A stretch of DNA of 26,819 nucleotides, from positions 62,001 to 88,819 of the forward strand of contig JAXLNO010000188.1 in the NCBI GenBank assembly GCA_038087875.1, read 5' to 3'. The position numbers and the translations under genes were made by a program. This DNA is from Malacoraja senta. Its lineage: Eukaryota. The notes beneath the pieces are model-generated. The model was not told the origin of the DNA, ran no database searches, and saw only the letters and a program-made list of their open reading frames with translations. This document shows, piece by piece, positions 1-10,611 of the stretch (position 1 is its first letter; each line of letters begins with the position of its first letter).

Positions 1-166
1 GCAACGTTTTGGGCCGAAACCCTTCTTCAGACTATAAGGTACTTGGGACCTATCTCCTCTGTGGGCGCGATAACCCTTGCAACCACGAGGAGGAGCCAGT
101 GAGCTGTATTCAGGCCTCTTGCACAGCTGTCCAGACAGACAGACCTTTGGGATGAGGTTTCATCCA

Positions 167-989
167 ATAGACAATAGACAATAGGTGCAGGAGTAGGTCA
201 TTCAGCCATTCGGCCCTTCGAGCCAGCACTGCCATTCAATGTCATCATGGCTGATTATCCCCATCAGCACCCCCGTACCTGCCTTCTCCCCATATCCTCT
301 GACTCCGCTATCTGTAAGAGCCCTATCTAGCTCTCTCTTGAAAGTATCAATACTCCAGGTGTGGTCTCACTAAGGCCCTGTGCAACTGCAGAAGGACCTC
401 TTTGCTCCTGTACTCAACTACTCTTGTTATGAAGGCCAACATGCCATTCACTTTCTTCACTGCCTGCTGTACCTGCTTGCTAACTTTCATTGACTGATGA
501 ACAAGGAGCCCCAGATCCTATTGTACTTCCCCTTTTCCCAACTTGACACCATTTACATAATAATCTGCCTCCCTGTTTTTGCTACCAAAGTGGATAACCT
601 CACATTTATCTGCATTAAACTGCATCTGCCATGCATCTGCCCACTCACCCAACCTGTCCAAGTCACCCTGCATTCTCATAGCATCCTCCTCACAGCTCAC
701 ACTGCCACCCAGCTTTGTGTCATCTGCAAATTTGCTAATGTTACTTTGAATCCCTTCATCTAAATCATTGATGTATATTGTAAATAGCTGCGGTCCCAGC
801 ACCGAGCCTTGCGGTCTCCCACTAGTCCCCCACTGCCATTCCGAAAGGGACCCATTAATCCCTACACTTTGTTTCCTGGCCAACCAATTTTCTATCCATG
901 TCAGCACTCTACCCCAATACCATGTGCCCTAATTTTGCCCACTATCTCCTATGTGGGACCTTATCAAATGCTTTCTGAACGTCCAGGTA
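167..989 (-). mobile_element. CR1-type LINE fragment (RT domain and 3' tail)
   Basis: Translates YLDVQKAFDKVPHRR, WIENWL, PQGSVLGPQLFTIYINDLD, KFADDTKLG and WQMQFNADKCEVIHFG. (CTATTGT)n tail. Runs into the gap. Confidence 0.92.
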
Positions 990-1189
990 NNNNNNNNNNN
1001 NNNNNNNNNNNNNNNNNNNNNNNNNNNNNNNNNNNNNNNNNNNNNNNNNNNNNNNNNNNNNNNNNNNNNNNNNNNNNNNNNNNNNNNNNNNNNNNNNNNN
1101 NNNNNNNNNNNNNNNNNNNNNNNNNNNNNNNNNNNNNNNNNNNNNNNNNNNNNNNNNNNNNNNNNNNNNNNNNNNNNNNNNNNNNNNNN
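990..1189. other. Assembly gap (200 N)
   Basis: Run of exactly 200 N; the true gap size is unknown. Confidence 0.99.
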
Positions 1190-1330
1190 GCACTCTGTGC
1201 TTGACGGAGTACATTCAGATCTTAGCCAGCGGCAGAAGATTCCAAGTCAGGAGAAAACCCTGGACCGCTGCTTGCCCTCAAACAGATGGTTAAGGAGAAA
1301 CGAGTTACTGACTACATTGATTGATTTTTA

Positions 1331-1624
1331 AATGCAGCATGGAAACAGGCCCTTCGGCCCACCGAGTCCACGCAGACCACCGATCACCCGTTTGCACACT
1401 AGTTCTATGTCATCCCATGTTCCTATCCACTCCCCACACACCAGGGGCAATTTACAGAAGGCCAATTAGCCTACAAACCCACAAGTCTTTGGCATGTGGG
1501 CGGAAGCCTAGTCACAGGGAGAACGTGCAAACTCCACGCAGACAGCGCCCGAGGTCTGTATCGAACAATGGGTGTCTCTGGTGCTGTGAGGCAGTGGCTC
1601 TAGCAGCTGCCCAACGTGCCACCT
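1331..1624 (-). mobile_element. V-SINE (HE1-like)
   Basis: tRNA-like head, central V-domain (GGAGTTTGCACGTTCTCCC) and CR1-type tail GGGCCGAAGGGCCTGTTTCC on the minus strand. Confidence 0.8.
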
Positions 1625-2097
1625 TAGTGCAGAGATCTGAAGGGCACTGTTGGTAAGGGTTCACCGCTGTGACTCTCCCAGAGGCAGAGAGGCTCACACG
1701 TAACCCATTCCTTCTACCAGAGATGCTGCCAGCATTTTGTGTCTATTTCAGTGTAAACCAGCATCTGCAGTTCCTTCCTCCACATACGGTATTATCATTG
1801 TACAAGTAGCAGAAACAAGGAACTGCAGGTGCTGGTTAATACACGAAAGGGCACAAAGTGCTGGAGTAACTCAGCGGGTCAGGCAGCATCTCTAGAGAAC
1901 GTGGATAGGTGCCGTTCGGGTCGGGACCCTTCTTCAGACTCTCGCTCCGGAACTGGGCCTGGAATCCAGGTCAGTTGACGGCCTCGGCCTGCTGCCGGCC
2001 GGTGGAGAGGCGTGAATCGGCGGCGGCAGTGGTGGTAAGGGTTGGCGGTGGCAGTGGTGGTGGCTGTAGGTATGGCCTGGTGGCGGCCAGAGGTGGC

Positions 2098-2725
2098 GTG
2101 TGGGCAGCCGGGGCTGTTAGTGCCAGGGAGGCAGTGTGAGCTAGGGGTGGGGTGGGGTGGGGTGGGCAGCTGGGGCTGTTGGTGCCAGGGAGGCAGTGTG
2201 GGCTAGGGGTGGGGCGGGGTGGGCAGCTGGGGCTGTTAGTGCCAGGGAGGCAGTGTGAGCTAGGGGTGGGGTGGGGTGGGCAGCTGGGACTGTTAGTGCC
2301 AGGGAGGCAGTGTGGGCTAGATGTGGGTGGGCAGCTGGGGCTGTTAGTGCCAGGGAGGCAGTGTGAGCTAGGGGTGGGGCGGGCAGCTGGGACTGTTAGT
2401 GCCAGGGAGGCAGTGTGGGCTAGGGGTGGGGTGGGGTGGGCAGCTGGGACTGTTAGTGCCAGGGAGGCAGTGTGGGCTAGGGGTGGGGTGGGGTGGGCAG
2501 CTGGGACTGTTAGTGCCAGGGAGGCAGTGTGGGCTAGGGGTGGGGTGGGGCGGGCAGCTGGGGCTGTTAGTGCCAGGGAGGCAGTGTGGGCTAGGGGTGG
2601 GGTGGGGGCAGCTGGGACTGTTAGTGCCAGGGAGGCAGTGTGGGCTAGGGGTGGGGTGGGGCGGGCAGCTGGGGCTGTTAGTGCCAGGGAGGCAGTGTGG
2701 GCTAGGGGTGGGGTGGTCAGCTGTC
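2098..2725 (+). repeat. G-rich minisatellite, about 11 copies of a 57-bp unit
   Basis: Unit GGGCAGCTGGGRCTGTTAGTGCCAGGGAGGCAGTGTGRGCTAGGGGTGGGGTGGGGY. The GCAGCT anchor recurs at 2166, 2223, 2280, 2331, 2383, 2440, 2497, 2554, 2608 and 2665. Confidence 0.95.
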
Positions 2726-3017
2726 AGTAGGCCCGTCCGCTATAACCGAGATGCATTACAGAGAGGGCCATTAAAACGAGGGTTTCCTATCTACATAATG
2801 GATTGTGCCTTCTGTTATTTCATGGACCTCCACTGCTAGCGAAGACAGAGTCAAAGAGCACTTCATTTCCACAGAGTGTATGGTTGGTAACAAAGAAAGC
2901 ACGGGTGACATTCCTTCTCGCCAGAGATGCTGTCCGTCCCGCTGAGTTACTCCAGCATTTTGCGTCTAAACCAGCATGCGCAGTTCCTGCCTACACGTAA
3001 CAATGGAAGCTCCTTAC

Positions 3018-3167
3018 TTGGCCACCTTGGGAGACTGGTGAACAGCCAGCAGGATGTGCTCGGTGTTAATGAAGAGGGCCCAACAGGGGAAGCAGAATAT
3101 CATCAGGATGAGGATTCCTCTTTGGAGAATCACCCCCAATTCTCTTCAGATTTCTGCTGCCAAATGT
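3018..3167 (-). CDS. SLC47A1: SLC47A-like coding exon 4 (150 bp as assembled; one extra G in the run at 3133-3137)
   Basis: TTTTACAG acceptor and GTAAGG donor. Removing one G gives TFGSRNLKRIGVILQRGILILMIFCFPCWALFINTEHILLAVHQSPKVA, compared with MATE1 TYGSQNLKHVGVILQRSALVLLLCCFPCWALFLNTQHILL. As written, the frame shifts and stops at TAA 3066-3068. I found no further exons in the window. Confidence 0.92.
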
Positions 3168-3204
3168 CTGTAAAATCAGAAGAAAATTTGTTAAAAACTA
3201 GACA

Positions 3205-3745
3205 GTGAAAAGACTATACATGAATTACAATCAAGCTGTCCACAGTGTACAGAAGCAGGATAAAGGGTATAATGTTTAGTGCAAGATAAAGTTGAGTAAT
3301 GTCCGATTAAAGATAGTTCTAAGGTCTCCATTGAGGTATACGGGAGGCTAGGATCACTCTCTAGTTAGCGAGGTGACGGCGCAGTGGCCAGGTAACTGCT
3401 GGGAAGAAACTGCCCTTGATTCTGAAGATAGACACAAAATGCTGGAGTAACTCAGTGGGTCAGGCAACATCTCCGGAGAAAAGGAATAGGTGATGTTTCG
3501 GGTCGAGACCCTTCTTCAGACTCCAGAATCTGGAGGTGTGCGTTTTCAAGCTTCTTGCCTGATGGGAGAGGGGAGACGAGGGAGTGACCAGGGTGAGATT
3601 GGTCCTTGATTATGCTGGAGGACCTGCTGAGGCAGCGTGAGGTGTAGATGGAGTCAACGGAAGGGAGGTTGGCTTGGGTGATGAATTGGTCCACCTCATT
3701 TCTCTGAGATTAAACGGGCTCCTCTTTAACTACAAAGACATGGAG
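3205..3745 (-). mobile_element. Rex1/Babar- or L2-like LINE-derived element, interrupted by a Penelope repeat
   Basis: Translates LPSVDSIYTSRCLSRSSSIIKDQSHPGHSLVSPLPSGK. The 3' UTR is shared with 13790-13945 and 22725-23160. Confidence 0.7.
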
Positions 3746-4040
3746 GTGGCACAGTGTGTAGTGGTAGAGCTTCTGCCTCACAGCGCCAGAGACCCAGGTT
3801 CGATCCTGACTACGGGTGCTGTCTGTACGGAGTTTGTACGTTCTCCCCGTGACCTGCATGGGTTTCCTCCGAGTTCCCACACTCCAAAACCGTACAGATT
3901 TGTAGGTTACTTGGCTTGGTATAAATGTAAATTGTCCCTTGTGTGTGTAGGACTAGTGTTAATATGTGGGATCGCTGGTCGATACGGACTTGGTGGGCCG
4001 AATGGCCTGTTTCTCGCTGTATCTCCAAACTAAACTAAAC
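3745..4040 (+). mobile_element. V-SINE (HE1-like)
   Basis: B-box GGTTCGATCC, V-domain and (AAACT)n tail. Ends 27 bp from the exon 3 donor. Confidence 0.85.
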
Positions 4041-4067
4041 TTAAGCTTAGGGTGTGTCCACACTTAC

Positions 4068-4136
4068 CTGGGATATGAGCGTATCACAGGCGGAGGCCAA
4101 TCCAGCACCCACGGAGATACCCGATACATTAATCAT
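4068..4136 (-). CDS. SLC47A1: SLC47A-like coding exon 3 (69 bp)
   Basis: CACAG acceptor and GTAAGT donor. Encodes MINVSGISVGAGLASACDTLISQ, compared with MATE1 VINVTGVSVGFGLSSACDTLISQ. Confidence 0.95.
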
Positions 4137-4389
4137 CTGTGCACAGGTAACAAAAGGCAAAGAAAATGGATGAACAGTTCAATTGTAAATGCCAGCACAA
4201 GGTAAATGGATTGTGGTCCAATTGCTCTTCCATTCCCGAGATGTGGGCATCATCGGCAGGGATGGGAAAGCGATCACATTAGTGCTGTTAATGAACCATA
4301 AACCAAAGGCCTAGATTAATGTTCAGGGGTCAGGAGTTCACATCCCGCCATGGCAACTGGGAAAAAACAGACTTAGCAAATTAAATAGA

Positions 4390-4618
4390 GGTACTAGAAA
4401 TTGCAAATGATGGTTTACAAAATGAGACACAAAATGTTGGAGTAACTTAGAGTGTCAGGCAACATCTCCGGAGAACGTGGATAGTGGATAGGTGATGTTT
4501 CGGGTCGGGACCATTCTTCAGACTCCCAAGTAGGGACCCAATCCGAAACGTCACCTATCCATGTTCCTCCAGAATGCAGCCTGACTCCCTGAGTTACTCC
4601 AGCACTTTGTGTCTATTG
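4390..4618. mobile_element. Inverted pair of short Penelope terminal repeats
   Basis: A minus copy ending CTTCAGACT abuts a plus copy CCGAAACGTCACC...GAGTTACTCCAGCACTTTGTGTC. Confidence 0.7.
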
Positions 4619-4634
4619 TTTAGCTAATTATATT

Positions 4635-4933
4635 GGGCGGCATTGGTGGCGCAGCGGTAGAGTTGCTGCCTCACAGCACCAGAGACCCGGGTTCGATCCT
4701 GACTACGGGTGCTGTCTGTACGGGGTTTGTACTTTCTCCCCGTGACCTGCGTGGGTTTCTTCTCCGAGATCTTCGGTTTCCTCCCACACTCCAAAGACGT
4801 ACAGGTTTGTAGGTTAATTGGTTTGGTATAGATGTAAATTGTCCCTAGCGTTAGTGTGCAGGGATCGCTGGTCGGTGCGGACTCGGTGGCCGAAGGGCCT
4901 GTTTCCACGCTGTATCTCTAAACTAAACTAAAC
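4635..4933 (+). mobile_element. V-SINE (HE1-like), near full length
   Basis: A-box TGGCGCAGCGG, B-box GGTTCGATCC, V-domain, CR1-type tail and (AAACT)n. Confidence 0.9.
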
Positions 4934-5214
4934 CAATATAATCTAGTCTCAGTAACAATGACGACTGCAATGTCATAAAATTCCATCTGGTCCATAAGAG
5001 GCACAGTGAACAATGTTTAAAATTGAAGAAAGTTTTTTTTTCTCCAACATTTACCAATTGCATTGGGTTCCTAGACACTTCCAAGAGTTAATAACATTGG
5101 TGTGGGACTAAACTTCAGTGGTCATTTACTTTTTCTCGTTTCTTGTTCTCTCTCTTGACCTGGTGCCCCAACCCTGATGTGAAATATGAGAACGGGCAGG
5201 TTACTTGACCTGCG

Positions 5215-5510
5215 AGACTTTTCGAGGATGTTGCCAGGTCTTAAGGGCCTGAGCTATAGGAAGAGGTTGAGCAGGCTGGGACACCAAGCGCAGGACTCCA
5301 AGCGCAGGATGTTGAGCGGTGATCTTAAAGAGATGTACAAAATCATAAGAGGAATAGATCGGGTATACGCACAGAATCTCTTGCCCAGAGTAGGGGGACT
5401 CGAGAACCAGAGGACATAGGTTTAAGGTGAGGGGGGAACGATTTCATAGGAACCTGAATAACATTTTCACAGAGAGTGGTGGGTGTACGGAACGAGTTGC
5501 CAGAGGAGGA
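5215..5510 (+). mobile_element. CR1-type LINE ORF2 C-terminal fragment
   Basis: Translates RMLPGLKGLSYRKRLSRLG..RRMLSGDLKEMYKIIRGIDRV. Confidence 0.85.
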
Positions 5511-5865
5511 TGCACCTTAAACTGTGGAGCATCCCTGGACAATACAGCTCGCCCCTTCCATGACACACTGGTCAACCTGAGGAGCACCTTCAGCAACAGA
5601 CTGGTTCCACCAAGATGCAGCACAGAACGCCACAGGAGATCCTTCTTCCCTGTGGCTGTCAAACTGTACAACTCCTCCCCCTACTGTGGTGGGGTAGACG
5701 GCCTCCCCCCCCCCCCCCCCCCCCCCCCCAATCTTTGCACATCCCCAATCTTTTCCATTCGTCACTTTAATTTCATGTTTCATGTATTTTGTGTTTTTAT
5801 GACTGTTGACAGATCAATTTCCCTCCTGGGATAAATAGTTCTATTGTGTAATATATCGTATCATT
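5511..5865 (+). mobile_element. Rex1/Babar-like LINE 3' end
   Basis: Translates LDNTARPFHDTL..RSTFSNRLVPPRCSTERHRRSFFPVAVKLYN. The tail includes a C25 run. Confidence 0.75.
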
Positions 5866-5949
5866 CCACACTGTAAGACTATGACTCTATGCCTGCCTTT
5901 ACCGAAGGGTTTGTAGTGATAAATGAAATCGACGTTTGGATATACGTAC

Positions 5950-6051
5950 TGCTGTAGCGAGACACACTGCATCCAGTTGAACTTTCCCCAAATGACCACA
6001 GAATATGGAGCTGACTATGCCAATGAGAAACACCATCAGCTGGGACAGAAT
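5950..6051 (-). CDS. SLC47A1: SLC47A-like coding exon 2 (102 bp)
   Basis: Polypyrimidine tract plus TTGCAG acceptor and GTACGT donor. Encodes [34 protein letters not shown], compared with human MATE1 FLVQLMVFLISFISSVFCGHLGKLELDAVTLAIA. Not in the ORF track. Confidence 0.95.
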
Positions 6052-6145
6052 CTGCAATAAAAGAGAGGAAGAATTATCAATATTATTACAGAATCAATCA
6101 CTCTTCTTGTGAGGCAGAAACCGAAAAACGGTGGGAATATTGCAC

Positions 6146-6662
6146 GAGGGAGAGAGGGAGGGGGGAGAGTGAGAGAGAGAGAGAGAAAGGGAGAGAGGGG
6201 GGAGTGAGGGAGAGAGAGAGGGGGAGAAGGAGAGAGGGGGGGGAGTGGGTGAAAGGGGGAGTGGGGGAGAGAGAGAGAGAGAGAGAGAGAAAGGGAGAGA
6301 GGGGGGAGTGAGAGAGAGAGAAAGAGAGGGAGAGAGGGGGGTGTGGGAGAGAGAGAGAGAGAGGGGGGAGAGTGTGAGAGAGAGAGAAGGGGGGAGAGAG
6401 AGAGGGGGAGAGGGAGAGAGATCAGATTCAGATTCAGATTCAACTTTATTGTCATTGTGCAGTGTACAGTACAGAGACAACGAAATGCAGTTAGCATCTC
6501 CCTAGAAGAGCGACATAAATATGAGCATATGAGAGGGGGGAGAGAGTGAGAGAGGGGGAAAGAGGGGGAGAGAGAGAGAGGGGGGAGAGAGGGGGAAAGA
6601 GGGGGAAGAGAGAGGGGGAGAGAGAGGGGGAGAGAGAGGGGGAGAGAGGGGAAATAGAGAGA
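6146..6662 (+). repeat. Polypurine (GA/GGA) low-complexity tract with a central LINE tail (6421-6530, (TGAATC)n on -)
   Basis: Almost purely G/A on the + strand; AGATTC repeats followed by TTTATTGTC. Confidence 0.9.
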
Positions 6663-6689
6663 AAGTATTATTGGACTCAACTTGACTTG

Positions 6690-6905
6690 AAGAAGCAAAG
6701 AACTACAGATGCTGGTTTTCAAAAAAGACACAAAGTGCTGGAGTAACTCAGCGGGTCAGGCAGAATCACTGGAGAACATGGATAGGTGAAATTTTGGGTT
6801 GGGACCCTTGGTCACTCTGAGGAAGGGCCCGGACCCGAAGTGTCACCTTTCCATGATCTCCAGAGATTCTGCCTGATCCGCTGAGTTACTCCAGCACTTT
6901 GTATC
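6690..6905. mobile_element. Inverted pair of short Penelope terminal repeats
   Basis: Same arrangement as 4390-4618, with the two copies joined at degenerate hammerhead ends. Confidence 0.7.
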
Positions 6906-7319
6906 CTCAACCTGACTGGATTTTGTCTTAACCCACAGAGTTCCCCAATGTTATATACAGACTCCATGCCAACTTGGCCAGAGTCTATTGGTGGCTGAAT
7001 GGTTAATGATATAACTTGGGATGGTATATGATCAGTCTCACACCACCATTTTACTCTCTCCAAACTGGCTGCTGTTTTTCAGACTTTAAGATTCATCGTC
7101 ATTGCTTTTCACTAGTATTTGACCCATTGCTTCTTGTGTGATGGCCAGATCAATGTTATCAAAATGCAGGTCTTCATCTTTAAACCTCTCTCCTCACTTT
7201 TCCCATCTGCAGCCTTCAGCAATTAAACTCCATCACTCGCCACTAAAACCCTCCCGCCCCTGCCCCCCCGGTGGCCAGATGGAGAAGTGTGGGGCATAAT
7301 GTCCTTCAAAGCTCCAAAC

Positions 7320-7628
7320 CAGGGGTGGGGAACCATTTAATGTTGGAAGGCCGCATTAAGTTAGCTGTAATCTAATAAGGCCACATTAAGTTAGCTGTAA
7401 TCTAATAAGGCTGCATTCCAAGAAACTTCAATTAGATAGAGGATTATTTCGTTGAATCTTCTTTTACTCTTTGGTATTTTAAATACGTTCATTTTAAGAT
7501 TAAAATAAAAATAATAAAAGACGAACAAAAACATATTAATAAAAATAAAAGGATTTGTTCTACAAAATTTGTATTCATTCAAAAGGCCGCACTGAATGGC
7601 CTAGAAGGCCGCAGGTTCCCCACCCCTG
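7320..7628. mobile_element. hAT (Charlie-like) MITE (309 bp)
   Basis: 15-bp TIR CAGGGGTGGGGAACC/GGTTCCCCACCCCTG. 8-bp TSD CTCCAAAC/CTCCAACC with one mismatch. AT-rich interior. Confidence 0.85.
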
Positions 7629-7684
7629 CTCCAACCTATGCCTGTTTGCCTGTTTATAATGTTGTAAACAGCCATCTTATACAG

Positions 7685-8505
7685 ACATAGAACATTATGG
7701 TTCTGTACAGCACATGAACAGGCCCTTCGGCCCACAATGTCTGTGCCAGGTTAAACTAATCTCCATCATCTGCACATTATCCATATCCTGCCATTCCCTC
7801 AATATCCATCTGCCTACCTCTTAAATCCTCCTATCTTATCTGCCTCCACCACCACCCCTGGCAACACATTCCAGGCACCCGCCATTCTGTCTCAACAACT
7901 TTCCCCGCACATCTCACTTCCATTTTGCCCCTCTCATCTTAAAGCTGTGCCCTCCAATCTTCGATCTCTCCTTGTGGATAATAGCCTCTAATCCGGGAAT
8001 GGAAGGGAGTGGCCTCACCCTGTGAGACGGTTATATCCAGGTAAGTGTGGACAGACCCCAAGCCTCCATGTCTTTGTAATTAAAGAGGAGCCATTTTAAT
8101 CTCAGAGACATGAGGTAGATCAGACCATCACACAAACCAACCTCACTTCCATTGACTCCATCTACACCTCACGCTGCCTCAGCAAGGCCACCAGCATGAT
8201 CAAGGACCAGTCTCACCCTGGTCACTTCCTCTTCTCCCCTCTCCCATCAGGCTAGAAGCTTCATTCTGGTAAACCTCCTCTGCACCCTCAACAAAGCCTC
8301 CATATCCTACCTGTAATGGGGGTGATCTCTTGATGTATTCAAGAGAGAGTTAGCTCTTAGAGCTTACGGAATCAAGGGATATGGGGATAAATCAGGAACG
8401 GGGTACTGATTTTGGATGATCGGCCATGATCATATTGAATGGCGGTGCTGGCTCGAATGGCAGAATGGCCGACTCCTGCACCTGTTTTCTATGTTTCAAT
8501 GTTTC
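7685..8505. mobile_element. Composite of CR1 3' fragments (both strands) and a Rex1/Babar-like fragment (about 8060-8262, +)
   Basis: CR1 tails (ACAGGCCCTTCGGCCC; GAATGGCCGACTCCTGCACC..TTCTATG) and a segment matching 3549-3747 in reverse complement. Confidence 0.7.
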
Positions 8506-9094
8506 TCTGAACTGGACGGCATGCAATACTCCAAATGTGCCTGAGCAAAATCCAACAAAGCTGTATTTCATGGATTTGGAGTCGTTTTAATGGCATGGAT
8601 TTTTATTTCAGTTAAAGAGAAATGTTGCAATATCGTACCCGTGCAACCGTACAGCAAAGTTGATCACTTGAGACCCAAACTAAAGGATTTCAAGGAAACG
8701 CTGACACTGTGGTAGAATATTACAGCTGCCGCATTCTGACAGTTGGAAAACTGCTGCTTTAAGCTCATCTTTTTTTAGATCCTACAGCCAGACTCCGTGG
8801 TCGTGTCACTAAAAGAGTGACTTATTGCGGAGATTTCCCCTTCAAAACAAGAATATGGGAGTCAGGACTCGCGGCACCATCTGCCACTCTGCCCTTTAGG
8901 GTTTGCTAGCCCGTTCGATGGGTGGAGAAGGGTCAACTGCATTCCCGCCTAATCCTTTTCATCCCTTGATTCCTTCTGTGCCCAGCCATCTGGCAACGTA
9001 GGCCGTGTATCAATATCTCAGCTACCATGTCCCTCCCGTGCGGAGAATCTGAGAGATTCATCTCTCTGGATGGAAAGCACATCAACACAAGACC

Positions 9095-9405
9095 GTTTAG
9101 TTAGAGATACAGCACGGAAACAGGCCCTTCGGCCCACCGAAACCGTGCCGATCATCGATCACCCATTCACACTGGTTCTATGTTATCCAAGTTTCACATC
9201 CTACACGCAAGGGGTAATTTACCGAGGGCCATTGACCTATAAACCTGCACATCTTTGGGATGTGGGGGAAACCAGACCACCCAGAGGAAAACCACGTGGT
9301 CACGGGGAGAGCGTACAAACTTCATACAGACAGCACCCGTAGTCAGGATCAGACCCGGGTCTCTGGTGCTGTGAGGCAGCAACTCTACCACTGCGCCACT
9401 GTGCT
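9095..9405 (-). mobile_element. V-SINE (HE1-like)
   Basis: Reverse-complement match to 4635-4933. Confidence 0.85.
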
Positions 9406-9688
9406 CTATTCGTCAGATGCATTTAAAAAAAAATCCTCCATTATTGTTAAGAAATTATAATCTTCCCAGGAAGCAATGGCATCCAATTCACTAAAAAAAC
9501 GGGGAAAAGCAGTAAAACAGCATGTAACATAATGCACAAAAAAATGTATAAGAAAAAACTGAATATTTGAAATGTTGCTTGCTGTATGAAACAATTTACC
9601 TGCGTTAGATATGGCAATGCATTTGAAGTTAACAGCTTCAACATTATCTAACACTGCTGCAGCACTATAACATGCTCAAGAACCTTAC

Positions 9689-9995
9689 AGGGCGGCTCGG
9701 TGGCCCAGCAGTAGAGTTGCAGCCTTACAGCGCCAGAGACCCAGGATCGATCCTGACAACCAGTGCATTCTATACGGAGTTTGTACGTTCTCTCCGTGAT
9801 TGCGTGGATTTTCACCAGGTGCTCGTTTCCTCCCACACTCCAAAAACGTACAGTTTTGTAGGCTAATTGGCTTCGGTTAAAATTGTAAATTGTCCCTCGT
9901 GTGTTTAGGATCGTGTTAGTGTGCAGGGAACGCTGGTCAGCACAGACTCGGTGGGCTGAAGGGCCTGTTACCGCGCTGTATCTCTGAACTAATCT
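9689..9995 (+). mobile_element. V-SINE (HE1-like)
   Basis: Head, V-domain and tail as in the other copies. Confidence 0.85.
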
Positions 9996-10081
9996 AAGAT
10001 ATCTTTAATGTGAAACATCCATGCCACGAATTTCATTAATTGGAGTAAATAACAATTTTAAACTCAGGTTCGATTTATCTT

Positions 10082-10370
10082 ACGTGTAGGAAAGAACTGC
10101 AGATGCTGCTTTACATCGAAGACAGACACAAAAAGCTGGAGTAACGCAGCGGGACAGGCAGCATCTCTGGAGAGAAGGAATGGGTGACGTTTCGGGTCGA
10201 GACCCTTCTTCAGACTGATGTCAGGGGAGTGGGCGGGACAGAGATAGAATGTAGTCGGAGACAGTAAGACTGGTGGGAGAACTGGGAAAGGGGAGGGGAT
10301 GGAGAGAGAGGGAAAGGAAGGGCTATTTGAAGTTAGGGAAGTCAATGTTCATACTGCTTGGGTGTAAACT
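10082..10370 (-). mobile_element. Penelope-like 3' fragment
   Basis: Minus strand encodes LHPSSMNIDFPNFK*, followed by UTR, an intact hammerhead core and the shared terminal sequence. Confidence 0.8.
10186..10213 (-). ncRNA. Minimal hammerhead ribozyme motif (identical core to 14213-14240)
   Basis: The reverse complement reads CTGAAGAAGGGTCTCGACCCGAAACGTC. Confidence 0.65.
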
Positions 10371-10611
10371 ACGCAGCATTTGATTTATCTTATGCAGTTA
10401 AGTAGCACTTGAGTGAAGCTGTTTTTTTTCCCCTCTGTATGCAGTGGCTGATCCTATAATCAGAGACTATGACCCAAGATGTAATCAGGTTGGCTTGCTA
10501 TAACGCAAGCTTCCATAACACAAATGGATGTAACTCCAGTGCTAAACCAGTGAACACTATTTGTATTGCACGGGCCAAATTGCTTACAACACAAATTTTG
10601 ATTGGGAACTA

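Noticed and set aside
2098..2725. CRISPR-like regular repeat
   Set aside because: No unique spacers, eukaryotic context and no cas genes.
2725..2790. Tigger/pogo-like TIR remnant (CCGCTATAAC..TAAAACGAGGGTT)
   Set aside because: No matching partner TIR or TA TSD could be identified.
2152..2839. 192-aa and 146-aa repetitive ORFs
   Set aside because: Products of the stop-free 57-bp minisatellite; intronic and antisense to SLC47A.
1..3017. SLC47A exon 5 and beyond
   Set aside because: No segment resembling LTQTYVTIFIPALP with splice sites was found; it probably lies in the gap or outside the window.
2927..3208. 93-aa plus-strand ORF
   Set aside because: Antisense shadow of SLC47A exon 4 starting inside a repeat.
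4635..4710. tRNA gene
   Set aside because: The A/B boxes belong to the V-SINE head; there is no complete cloverleaf and it continues into the V-domain.
4275..4995. Older tRNA-derived SINE split by the insertions at 4390-4933
   Set aside because: Only a degenerate B-box (GGAGTTCACATCCC) and a resemblance from memory; too weak to call without a repeat library.
6036..6746. 231-aa Ser/Leu/Pro and Glu/Arg/Gly ORFs
   Set aside because: Translations of the GA low-complexity tract.
7001..7015. HNF1-like site GGTTAATGATATAAC in intron 1
   Set aside because: Spacing deviates from GTTAATNATTAAC; unsupported without conservation data.
8037..8046. Consensus splice donor CAG/GTAAGT on the + strand
   Set aside because: Lies within a repeat-rich block, antisense to the gene, with no supporting exon.
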